A stretch of 15,619 nucleotides of DNA, from NCBI GenBank assembly GCA_965205655.1, contig CBDBIJ010000074.1, positions 1-15,619 on the forward strand, read 5' to 3'. Below are positions 7,525 through 15,619 of the stretch, piece after piece (within the stretch, counting starts at the first letter, position 1; each line of letters starts with the position of its first letter). The stretch is from Candidatus Latescibacterota bacterium (lineage in GTDB: Bacteria; Latescibacterota; UBA2968; UBA8231). The position numbers and the translations under genes were made by a program. The notes beneath the pieces are model-generated. The model saw nothing but the letters and a program-made list of their open reading frames with translations. It ran no database searches and had not been told where the DNA came from.

Positions 7525-9726
7525 TCCGGCAGATCCGGCTCGTCAACTCTGTGCACGTGAGTGACGCCGTCCAGCTGGGATATCTTTTTCATCAGGCTCT
7601 GCAGCTGCCGGGTATTCTTCACATCGATCCAGAACGTGTCATCGACCACATGCTGTCTGGTCTGGGCGGAGGTGCGCTGGATGTTGGCGTCCGTGTCGGA
7701 GATGGCCCGAGCGATATCGGAGAGCAGGTACTTCCGGTCGTTCCCCGTGACGAGCAGCTGAACCGTGAAGGCCTGCTCTTCCTCCACGTCCCATTCTACC
7801 ACAACGAGCCGGTCGGGATGCTCGGCGATGTCGGCCGCGTTGGGACAGTCGGCGCGGTGCACGGAGATTCCCCGCCCACGGGTGACGAGACCGATGATGG
7901 AGTCACCGGGAATCGGCGTGCAACACTTCCCGAAATGAATCATCATGTCGTCCACACCCTGGATACGGATTCCGCGCCGGTCCCGCAGCCTTGGGAAGCG
8001 AATGCGACGCTTTGGCCGCTCCGGTAGAAGGCGATTGACGACGCCGCTGACTGTCAGATCTCCGCTACCGATGCCGGCGTAGAGATGCTCGGCATCGGCG
8101 ACGCCGAGGTCCTCAGCGAGCTCGTCTAGGGCATCGCTTTCGACCCGGTGGCGGTACTTCCTCAACTCGTGCTCGAGGATTTCCTGGCCCAGGCGCACGC
8201 TGTGAGCGAACTGCTCCTCCTTCAACCAGCGACGGATCGCCTGCTTCGCCTTGGCGGTTTTCACCATCTCCAACCAGGCCACGCTTGGATTCTGATGCGG
8301 CGAGGTGATGATCTGCACCGTGTCGCCGCTGTTCAAGGCCGCGCCCAGAGGCACGATCTGACCGTTCACCTTGGCGGTGAGACAATGCAGGCCGATGTCG
8401 GTGTGGATGGCGAAGGCGAAATCGATGGGCGTGGCCCCATTGGGCAGCTGATGGAGGTCCCCCTTGGGAGTGAATGCGAAGATCTCGTCCTGAAACAACT
8501 CGATCTTCAGGCTTTCCATGAATTCCACCGGATCGGTGGCATCCCGCTGCCAGTCCAGCACCTGACGCAGCCAGTTCATCCGGTGATCCAGATCGCCCCC
8601 TTCAGTGCCGATGCCGGATTTGTAGCGCCAGTGCGCGGCAATGCCGAATTCGGCCGGTGTAGTGCATCTCGTCAGTGCGGATCTGCACTTCGACGGGGAT
8701 ACCCCTGGGGCCGATGACGGTCGTGTGAAGGGACTGGTACATGTTTGTCTTTGGGGTGGCGATATAATCCTTGAATCGGTCCGGGATCGGATGGTAGATG
8801 GTGTGCACCAGACCGAGAGTGTGATAGCACTCGCGGATCGTGCCCAGGGTGATGCGAACCGCCTGCAGGTCGAAGATCTCCTCGAACGGTTTGCCTTCCG
8901 CCTTCATCTTGTTGTAGATGCTGTAGAAATTCTTCGGCCTGCCGGTGATCTCCGCCTCGATACCCCCCTTGTACAACTCGGTCTCGATCGGACTTTTGAA
9001 CTCGTCGATGTAGACTTCGCGATCTTCCCGCTTCAGCACCACCTTGTCGCGAATATCGGCATACATCTCGGGGTCGATGTACTTGAGCGACTGATCCTCA
9101 AGCTCCCAGCGGATTCGCGCCAGGCCAAGGCGGTTGGCGAGTGGCGCGTAGACTTCCACGGTCTCGAGCGCGATACGCTTCTGCTGCTCGGCGTCGACGT
9201 GGCCGAGGGTCCGCATGTTGTGAAGGCGGTCCGCAAACTTGATGAGGATAGCGCGGATATCCTCCACCATGGACAGCAGCATTTTGCGGTAGGTTTCCGC
9301 CTGCCTCGCCTCCCGGCTCTCGTAGCGGAAGCGCTCGATCTTGGTGACGCCATCGGTGAGGGCGGCGATCTTCGGCCCGAACTCCTCGGCGACGCGCTCG
9401 ATCGTGACGGGCGTATCCTCGACAACATCGTGGAGGAGGCCGGCTGCGACGGTGGTCGAGTCGAGGCGCAGCTGGGCAAGGATTCGAGCCACTTCGACGC
9501 AGTGTTGCATGAATGGACGGCCGGAGCGGCGAGTCTGGCCGTCATGCTGGGCGTTGGCAAAGTGGTATGCCCGAGCGATGAGACTGAAGTCAGCCTGCTC
9601 GTTCGACGACGCAACTTCGATGAGAAGCATTTGCAGCTGCAGATGGCCGCTCGACTGTTCGAGCAGTTCGTCCAGGCTCAGCGGTGGCGATGTGGTGGAG
9701 GAACGACTTTGGGGATGCACGGTCAT
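7521..9726 (-). CDS. rel: Bifunctional (p)ppGpp synthetase/hydrolase (long RelA/SpoT homologue), ~734 aa, split by a +1 frameshift at ~8654
   Basis: HD hydrolase motifs LLHDVVED and KFADRLHNMRTL; synthetase GRPK, RFKDYIA (RxKD type), YQSLHT, EVQIRT. Removing one base at 8654-8655 restores AEFGIAAHWRYK and joins to TGS (FTPKGD...DFAFAIHTDIG), CCTPIPGD/VHRADC and ACT domains. Start at ATG 9726 chosen because it gives a typical length. Confidence 0.95.
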
Positions 9727-9745
9727 CGCTGTAGACCTACAATTG

Positions 9746-9769
9746 CGCTGGGAGCGCGCGCTCCCAGCG
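9746..9769. repeat. Perfect 24-bp palindrome upstream of rel
   Basis: cgctgggagcgcgcgctcccagcg is its own reverse complement. Confidence 0.9.
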
Positions 9770-9923
9770 GTGGTGGGTGCTTTGCGAGCGGTGGGCGCCT
9801 GTGGAGTCAGCGACGACGCGTCTGCCTCGAATATACTCAAAGGGTGCGTACCGAGAAAACCGTTGACCGGCTAGCTCAGCACCACAGATGAAAGCGGCAG
9901 AAGGGGTTACGGCAGAAGAGAGC

Positions 9924-9951
9924 ATTGGAGCCTGCTGCGACCGGCTCCAAT
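9924..9951 (-). terminator. Candidate terminator or stabilising hairpin after the 110-aa gene
   Basis: 9-bp stem attggagcc / ggctccaat with a 10-nt loop, 12 nt past the stop; followed on - by a weak pyrimidine tract (gctctcttct). Confidence 0.45.
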
Positions 9952-9963
9952 CGTGTCGAAGGG

Positions 9964-10296
9964 TTATTCCTCGGCGACGGTGGCGGCTTCTTCTTCTTCT
10001 TCGAGTTCGGTGAGGGGGAAATCCGGATCCGGGACCTCGAGACCTTTTTCCTTGAGACGCGGCATAAGGCCCTTGAGGTCGCTTCGCAATCTCTTGATGC
10101 CGTGCGTCAGGCTCGTGTTTTGATTCTTCAGATCCGTCTCCTGCTCGTCCAATCGAGATCCCTCGGCGCGAACATCCCGCAGGGCCATGTTTTTAATCGA
10201 GATGGCCTGCTTCATGCGCAGGATCTTGCTGGAGCACAGATACTGAATCATCAGGGCCCCGCAGATACAGACAACGGTTATGATCCACCAATACAT
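9964..10296 (-). CDS. Hypothetical single-TM coiled-coil protein with acidic tail
   Basis: N-terminal hydrophobic WWIITVVCICGALMIQYL, long heptad-like helix, C-terminal ELEEEEEAATVAEE; near-consensus promoter upstream. Confidence 0.8.
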   Translation of the reverse strand: MYWWIITVVCICGALMIQYLCSSKILRMKQAISIKNMALRDVRAEGSRLDEQETDLKNQNTSLTHGIKRLRSDLKGLMPRLKEKGLEVPDPDFPLTELEEEEEAATVAEE

Positions 10297-10381
10297 GACG
10301 GGCTATCGCAGCCTCTTGTCGCCCAAGCTGCTTGTGAGCAGCGCGGTTAAGGGTAGCTTTACAGCTCTGGTTTTTGCGCGG

Positions 10382-10410
10382 ATTGTAGTCAACATGAGAT
10401 CCCATGTCAA
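10382..10410 (-). promoter_or_regulatory. Sigma70-type promoter TTGACA-N17-TACAAT
   Basis: The - strand reads ttgaca tgggatctcatgttgac tacaat: perfect -35, 5/6 -10, 17-nt spacer, about 85 nt upstream of the ATG at 10296. Confidence 0.8.
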
Positions 10411-10442
10411 GCCATAAGCACGCGGCTGGACGACAGCAGAGA

Positions 10443-10829
10443 ATGCCCGTCTCGATGCCCACGCGGGGGGATATCATTCTCGTGATAGCGGTCGCGCTCG
10501 GCGCGGTCGCCTGGACTGTGGGGGCAGCGCGGCGAGCGGTGGAGACCGTCCCGCAACGCGCCGTTGTGGAGCTGAATGGCGTCGTGCAGGGAGCTTACTC
10601 ACTGGATGAACCCCAGCTGCACCACGCAAGGGGCCCCCTCGGGGTAACGATCATCGAGGTCGTCGACGGAGGTGCGCGGGTCGTCAGCTCGCCGTGCCTC
10701 AACAAGATCTGCATGCAAACGGGTGTAATTCGACTCCCCGGCGATGTCGCGGTCTGCGTGCCGAACGGGATTCTACTTCGACTCGAAGGAGGCGTGCCGG
10801 ATTCACGCTTCGACGGAGTCACTCGCTAG
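10443..10829 (+). CDS. NusG domain II-containing (Lin0431-like) membrane-anchored protein
   Basis: N-terminal GDIILV plus TM, then GPLGVTIIEVVDGGARVVSSPCLNKICMQTG.I...GDVAVCVPN with the family's three Cys. Start at 10443 or 10455. Confidence 0.85.
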   Translation: MPVSMPTRGDIILVIAVALGAVAWTVGAARRAVETVPQRAVVELNGVVQGAYSLDEPQLHHARGPLGVTIIEVVDGGARVVSSPCLNKICMQTGVIRLPGDVAVCVPNGILLRLEGGVPDSRFDGVTR

Positions 10830-10878
10830 TGCCCCGACGCCGCGTGCCGGCCGATCCCGACTACGGGGAGGTAGGAGG

Positions 10879-11397
10879 ATGTCGCCGGTGATCGCAACGC
10901 GTACCCTGGCCCGACTCGGTATGATCACGAGTGCGGCGCTGATTCTGTTTACGCTGGAGTCGCTGGCGCCGCGTCCGCTTCCGTGGATGAAGCTGGGCCT
11001 GGGGAATGCGGCCGTACTCCTCGCCTTGGTAACTCTGGGCCCTTTCCACGCGATCGCCGTGAGCGCGGTGAAGATCCTCGCTGGATCCCTCATGACGGGC
11101 AGCCTGGGAAGCCCCGCCTTCGTCATCGGCGGTGGCGCCAGCCTTTCGAGTGTGTCCTGCATGGCGCTGCTGCACCGAACAGTGCCGGGGGTGTTCAGCG
11201 CTGTGGGACTGAGCGTGGCAGGAGCGGTCGTTCACCAGCTCGCACAGCTGGTCATCGCATACCTCTACATAGGTCACGCTGGACTATTCTCCTTCGTGCC
11301 GCTGTTCCTGGTAAGCGGTCTGATCAGCGGCGCTCTCATCGGGCTGGTCGTGTTTTGGTGCGTGAGGCAGCTGGCCAGACTGGGATGGAGCGAATAG
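10879..11397 (+). CDS. Gx transporter family membrane protein (annotated as heptaprenyl diphosphate synthase component I family)
   Basis: LESLAPRPLPWMKLGLGN, FSAVGLSVAGAVVHQLAQL, about 5-6 TM segments; strong SD (GGAGG/AGGAGG) before ATG 10879 or GTG 10888; usual partner of NusG-II genes. Confidence 0.88.
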   Translation: MSPVIATRTLARLGMITSAALILFTLESLAPRPLPWMKLGLGNAAVLLALVTLGPFHAIAVSAVKILAGSLMTGSLGSPAFVIGGGASLSSVSCMALLHRTVPGVFSAVGLSVAGAVVHQLAQLVIAYLYIGHAGLFSFVPLFLVSGLISGALIGLVVFWCVRQLARLGWSE

Positions 11398-11419
11398 CAG
11401 CTCAGTCCACGGCCACAAA

Positions 11420-11448
11420 TTGCGGCACAGGAGGGAATTACTCATTAT
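11420..11448 (+). promoter_or_regulatory. Possible promoter TTGCGG-N17-CATTAT for the giant permease gene
   Basis: Spacing is exactly 17 nt within an AT-rich intergenic patch; matches to consensus are only partial. Confidence 0.3.
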
Positions 11449-11515
11449 TAGCCGCCATTCGCCGCCAGATCAGTGGCCGATGTTCACAGCGAGGGACCAG
11501 ATCGATCCACGGAAC

Positions 11516-14500
11516 ATGACATGGGCCCTAACACATCGACTCGTAGCCACCTACACGAAATCGATCCCGCTGCTGGCGGTCGCGGCACAGCCCTGGTTGT
11601 CTACGCCCGCCGCAGCCACCGTGGACTACCCCGCCCTCCAGAAGCTGGCGACCGAGAGCGAGCTGCGCGACCGCATCGCTCGCTTTACCGATCTCGGTTC
11701 GCGCGTCGTCGGATACTCCGGTGCCGACGAGTCGGCTCTCTACATCCAGCGCATCTATACCGAGATCGGTCTCGACGATGTAACCGTCCACACCTACGAC
11801 GTCTCCATCCCGGTGGACAAAGGAGGGCATCTGCGCCTCGAAGGGTGGGATGAAACCGTGGACCTTCACGGGCTATGGCCGAACCTGGTGCGGACGTCGA
11901 CGCTGCCTGACGGAGGCATCGACGCGCGCCTGATCTACGCCGGCCGCGGCGAGCTGAGCGAGATGAACGGCCAGGACGTGGAGGGCGCCGTAGCTGTCAT
12001 GGAGTTCAACTCGGGCGACAACTGGCTGAATGCCGCCTATCTGGGAGCAGTTGGGATCGTCTTCATCGAGCCGGACTCGACCGTCTACCTCGAAGGAGAG
12101 CGGAAGTTCCTCACTATGCCCCTCGATGTGCCCCGGTTCTGGATCGGCAAGCGCGAGGGCGAGGAGTTCAGACGCCGGTTGACGGCAGCCGACGTGCGCG
12201 AACTCGGTCTCCAGGCGCATTTGGAGTACCGCATGGACTGGGAGCGCCGCCCCGCGTGGAACATTATGGGCAGCATTCCCGGCTACGATCCCCTGCTCAG
12301 GGACGACGTCATCGTAATCGAGGCGTACTACGACGCCATGTCAGTAGTTCCGGGCATCGCCCCCGGCGCCGAGCAGGCGGCGGGCATCACAGCGCTCCTG
12401 GAACTGGCGCAATACTTCCGCGATTACCCGCCGCCGCGAACGGTCGTCTTTCTGGCCACATCGGCACACCACCTCGGCTTGCGGGGCATCGACGACTTCA
12501 TCCAGCGCTACCTGAGGAAAGAGGACCCGTTTGTCGACCGCATGCTCATCCGCCGCGTTGTGGAAGCGTCGTTGTCGCGTGGGCTGATCCCACAAAGGGG
12601 CGTCTACTACGATCTCGGTGAGCGGACCTTTTTCGGCAAGGAGACGCTCGTTCAGGAGGTGGCGACGGCGGATTCGATCCTCGTCCGCTCGGTCCTCAAC
12701 ACGGCTCTGGCGACCGGAGAAGTTGTCGATCGCTCAGCCGGCGGACTCAGTTTCGACGGCAGGTCCTTCGCCAACGAGGCGGAACTTTCCGCGCTGTTGA
12801 TAGAGGACGAAGATCTGCGGCTCGACTTCTACCGCGAATGGGTAGAGCCCCAGGTCGACACGATGGCAGTCAAACTGTTCATCAGTCTCGATCTTTCGAC
12901 CCAGACCGATGAGCTCGGGGTGTGGAACAGCAATGCGAGCTTCTACTATAAGCGCTATTTCGCCCCTTTCGGAAAGAATTTCATGAGGTACGCGCGAGAG
13001 CTGAGCCGCGAGCTTGGTTACAACCCCCGCGACGTGCTCGTCAACGGCATCAGCCCGGAGGGCGGCAAGAGCTGGGAGACCTACGTGCCCGGTGAAATAT
13101 CCGTCAACAGCGAGCTCGTGCTCGACACCGGGACGCCGGCGCTGGCTTTCGTAACCGTGAACGACGCCCGCTTCCTCGTGGACACTCCCTTGGACCGCGT
13201 CGAGCAGGTCAACTACGGGAATCTACAGCGTCAGATCCGCGCCCTGGCGGCCATGTTCCACATGGCGCTCGACGACCCCGAGCTCTTCCCGGACTTCAAA
13301 ATGCGCCTGAAGGATACCGTGCGGACCATGCGGGGCAGGACGATGGTATTCCCGCGTCGCAGCATCGTGCCGGACATGCCGAGGAAGAAGGGGGTGGCCG
13401 TCGTCCGCAACGGCAAGCAGAAATCCTACAAGGGGGTACGCGGCGAGTATTTCGAGGCGGTCGATGAACGAGGCGCCTTCTACATCAACCGCATCCGCGT
13501 CGAGCAGGTCCAGATCGAAGGCTACTACATGGATCCGGCGACCGGCGAGGTCACCTATGCGCCTGACAGGGGAATCCAGGGTGACGGGTCCTACAAGATG
13601 AAGGGCAAGATGGATTGGCGCGACAAGACATGGATGGTCATCCTCTTCCCGTGCGAATCCTTCAACTTTTTCGACATCGTCGATCCGCGGTATCTGACCA
13701 AACTCTCCGAGGTGAAGGTCTTCGACGATACCAACACGGCCCCGGTGGAGTTCGGATACACGATCGGCGAGGGGCCGTCGGCAAAAGACGAGCCGGTAGG
13801 CGTGCTGTTCGCGCGACCCGGATCGGTCATCAAAGTCGGCTTCGGGGCAAACATCCTGGGGTTCCGCTCGCTGCTGCTCAACGCGACGGTGGCCGACGAC
13901 AAGGAGCGGGCCCTGGGCGACGGATTCGTCATCGGTCCGGAAACGTCCTTCGGGAAGACGTCCTACCTGGCCGCCAGAGACATGTGGATGCTCGACGAAG
14001 GTCGCATGCGCGAGCTTCGCAGCTTCGCCATCGAGAGCGCGAGGCTGACCGATCTGCACGACAAAGCGAAGGTCGAACTCGACAGGGCCGAGGTTGCCCT
14101 CGGCGCCCGCAAGTGGGACGATTTCGTGCGTCACACTCGGGCCGCTATGGGCCTTGAATCCCGGGCCTACCCGGATGTGAAGTCGACTCAGAACGACGTC
14201 ATACAGGGCATCATTTTCTTTATGGCGCTGGTCATTCCCTGTGCCTACTTCGCCGAAAGGCTGCTGATCACGGCGGCGACGATCAAGAACCAGATCTTCG
14301 GCTTTGCCGGCATCTTCATCGTCATCTGGATCATCCTTTCTATGGTCCACCCCGCTTTCGAGCTGTCCAATCCCTTCGTAATCCTGCTCGCCTTCGTCAT
14401 CCTGACGCTCGCCGTGCTCGTCAGCTGGATCATCGCCGGACGCTTCAACGAACAGATGAAGAAGCTCAGGACGGAAGTGGCCGTCATTCACGATACCGAC

Positions 14501-15619
14501 GTGTCCCGCTCCAGCGCCTCTTTCACGGCGTTTCTGCTGGGCATCTCGAACATGAAGCGCCGCAAACTGCGCACGGCGCTCACGTTCATCACACTTCTGT
14601 TGCTCACCTTTACCGTGCTCTCCTTCACATCGATTCAGACGTCGCTGCGGTTCACCCAGATCGAGCGGGACAACGAGGGGCTCTACGAGGGGATTCTGAT
14701 TCGCAGCAAGGCCTGGACCCCGATGGAGGCATCCGTCCTCGAGTACGCCGAGAGTAATTTCGGCGATATCGCCACGGTGGCCCCGCGTTGCTGGTACGAC
14801 AACAAAAAGAAGGTCTTCATCAAGATGATGTACGGCGACGGCGCCCACGACGCACTCGGGGTGCTGGGGCTGACCCCGCAGGAGACGGAGGTGAGCGGGC
14901 TCGACCGCGCTCTCGTCGCCGGGAGGTGGTTCGAGCCGGGCGAGAGAAACGTCTGCATCCTCCCCAACGACATGATCGGCGAGGACAAACTGGAGCTCGA
15001 GGCCGCCGACATAGGAACGGCTCAGATCCGCGTTTTCGGCGACTACTACACCGTCATCGGTGTGGTGGACTCCAAGCGCATGAAGCAGCTCAAGGATCTG
15101 GACGACGAGATGATGACGCCAGCGGACTTCGCAGTCACCGGCGGCGCCGCGATCCAGGAACTGGCCAAGGAGGAGGAGCGGGAGAAACAGGGGCTCGAGG
15201 ACACCAAGGTGGTCATCAAGCCCTTCGTCCACATCGAGCCAGCCAACACGCTCATCATCCCGTACAACACACTGAGGACCGTCGGCAGCGGCAATCCGCT
15301 GCAATCGGTGGCGGTCCGCCTCGAGGAGGGAGTGGACGTTCGCGCCGAGATCGAGCGCTTTTTGTCGCGGCTGGCCGTGACCCTGTTCGCCGGCATCCGC
15401 GAGCCGGGGACGGACTACATCGGCGTCTCCGTCTACAGCTCCCTCGGAATGACCTCGCTCACCGGCATGGCGAACCTGTTCATCCCCATCCTGATCGCGG
15501 CCCTGATCGTGCTGAACACGATGATGGGGAGCGTGTACGAGCGCTTTCGCGAGATCGGCGTCTACTCGTCGGTGGGTCTGGCACCAGGTCACATCGCCTG
15601 GCTCTTCATCGCCGAATCG
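11516..15619 (+). CDS. Giant fusion protein: PA/M28-peptidase-like ectodomain, beta-rich domain, extra TMs and MacB/FtsX-family ABC permease; >1368 aa, truncated by the window end; absent from the ORF track
   Basis: Manual translation from ATG 11516 (alternative 11480) found no stop up to 15619. M28-like motifs: SRVVGYSG, LIYAGRG (PA), NIMGSIPG, EAYYDAM, GAEQAAGITALLELA, FISLDLS, VDTPLD. Three TMs at ~14200-14440. Permease motifs SNMKRRKLRTALT, GRWF, YTVIGVV, NTMMGSVYERFREIGVYSSVG. Confidence 0.92.
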   Translation, partial: MTWALTHRLVATYTKSIPLLAVAAQPWLSTPAAATVDYPALQKLATESELRDRIARFTDLGSRVVGYSGADESALYIQRIYTEIGLDDVTVHTYDVSIPVDKGGHLRLEGWDETVDLHGLWPNLVRTSTLPDGGIDARLIYAGRGELSEMNGQDVEGAVAVMEFNSGDNWLNAAYLGAVGIVFIEPDSTVYLEGERKFLTMPLDVPRFWIGKREGEEFRRRLTAADVRELGLQAHLEYRMDWERRPAWNIMGSIPGYDPLLRDDVIVIEAYYDAMSVVPGIAPGAEQAAGITALLELAQYFRDYPPPRTVVFLATSAHHLGLRGIDDFIQRYLRKEDPFVDRMLIRRVVEASLSRGLIPQRGVYYDLGERTFFGKETLVQEVATADSILVRSVLNTALATGEVVDRSAGGLSFDGRSFANEAELSALLIEDEDLRLDFYREWVEPQVDTMAVKLFISLDLSTQTDELGVWNSNASFYYKRYFAPFGKNFMRYARELSRELGYNPRDVLVNGISPEGGKSWETYVPGEISVNSELVLDTGTPALAFVTVNDARFLVDTPLDRVEQVNYGNLQRQIRALAAMFHMALDDPELFPDFKMRLKDTVRTMRGRTMVFPRRSIVPDMPRKKGVAVVRNGKQKSYKGVRGEYFEAVDERGAFYINRIRVEQVQIEGYYMDPATGEVTYAPDRGIQGDGSYKMKGKMDWRDKTWMVILFPCESFNFFDIVDPRYLTKLSEVKVFDDTNTAPVEFGYTIGEGPSAKDEPVGVLFARPGSVIKVGFGANILGFRSLLLNATVADDKERALGDGFVIGPETSFGKTSYLAARDMWMLDEGRMRELRSFAIESARLTDLHDKAKVELDRAEVALGARKWDDFVRHTRAAMGLESRAYPDVKSTQNDVIQGIIFFMALVIPCAYFAERLLITAATIKNQIFGFAGIFIVIWIILSMVHPAFELSNPFVILLAFVILTLAVLVSWIIAGRFNEQMKKLRTEVAVIHDTDVSRSSASFTAFLLGISNMKRRKLRTALTFITLLLLTFTVLSFTSIQTSLRFTQIERDNEGLYEGILIRSKAWTPMEASVLEYAESNFGDIATVAPRCWYDNKKKVFIKMMYGDGAHDALGVLGLTPQETEVSGLDRALVAGRWFEPGERNVCILPNDMIGEDKLELEAADIGTAQIRVFGDYYTVIGVVDSKRMKQLKDLDDEMMTPADFAVTGGAAIQELAKEEEREKQGLEDTKVVIKPFVHIEPANTLIIPYNTLRTVGSGNPLQSVAVRLEEGVDVRAEIERFLSRLAVTLFAGIREPGTDYIGVSVYSSLGMTSLTGMANLFIPILIAALIVLNTMMGSVYERFREIGVYSSVGLAPGHIAWLFIAES

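Noticed and set aside
3830..9818. 13-mer GTCAGCGACGACG shared by two intergenic regions (3830-3842 and 9806-9818)
   Set aside because: A few exact 13-mer repeats are expected by chance in a GC-rich window of this size, and there is no symmetry or consistent position.
9727..9840. Extended rel N-terminus from the ORF track (start 9840)
   Set aside because: It runs through the palindromic leader, has no RSH-like sequence, and ATG 9726 already gives a typical length.
8641..9891. 416-aa + strand ORF, and similar shadows at 4575..5447, 6571..7218, 2087..2776, 2814..3644 and 1779..2465
   Set aside because: They overlap well-supported genes (rel, kinase, hisC, transposases) in other frames and lack motifs.
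9895..9918. Direct repeat CGGCAGAAG x2 upstream of rel
   Set aside because: Only two 9-bp copies; too little to call a binding site or array.
13223..15592. 789-aa ORF on the - strand
   Set aside because: Antisense shadow of the giant + strand permease; it has no recognisable motifs, and long shadow ORFs are expected in GC-rich coding DNA.
1..15619. CRISPR array, tRNA or rRNA
   Set aside because: No regularly spaced repeats or recognisable RNA gene signatures were seen, and intergenic gaps are short.

Overview
GC-rich bacterial chromosomal region. From left to right: (1) a secreted multi-FN3 protein gene on the - strand that runs off the left edge; (2) a nested pair of insertion sequences, where a complete IS1380-family element (13-bp TIRs, TTAG duplication) sits in the last codons of an IS30-family transposase, and the IS30 (AT duplication) landed in the short divergent intergenic region at the FN3 gene start; (3) a GAF sensor histidine kinase coupled to a membrane-anchored HTH-tail protein; (4) hisC; (5) a small internally duplicated protein; (6) a long bifunctional RelA/SpoT homologue; (7) a TM/coiled-coil protein with a near-consensus sigma70 promoter; (8) a NusG-domain-II plus Gx-transporter gene pair; (9) a >1368-codon + strand ORF that is missing from the ORF track because it runs off the right edge. 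That ORF fuses a PA/M28-peptidase-like ectodomain with degenerate zinc ligands, a tandem insert resembling the RecA C-terminal domain, and a MacB/FtsX-type ABC permease. It is the best candidate here for an uncharacterised system. Three genes (FN3, kinase, rel) carry single-base frameshifts that look like sequencing or assembly errors.
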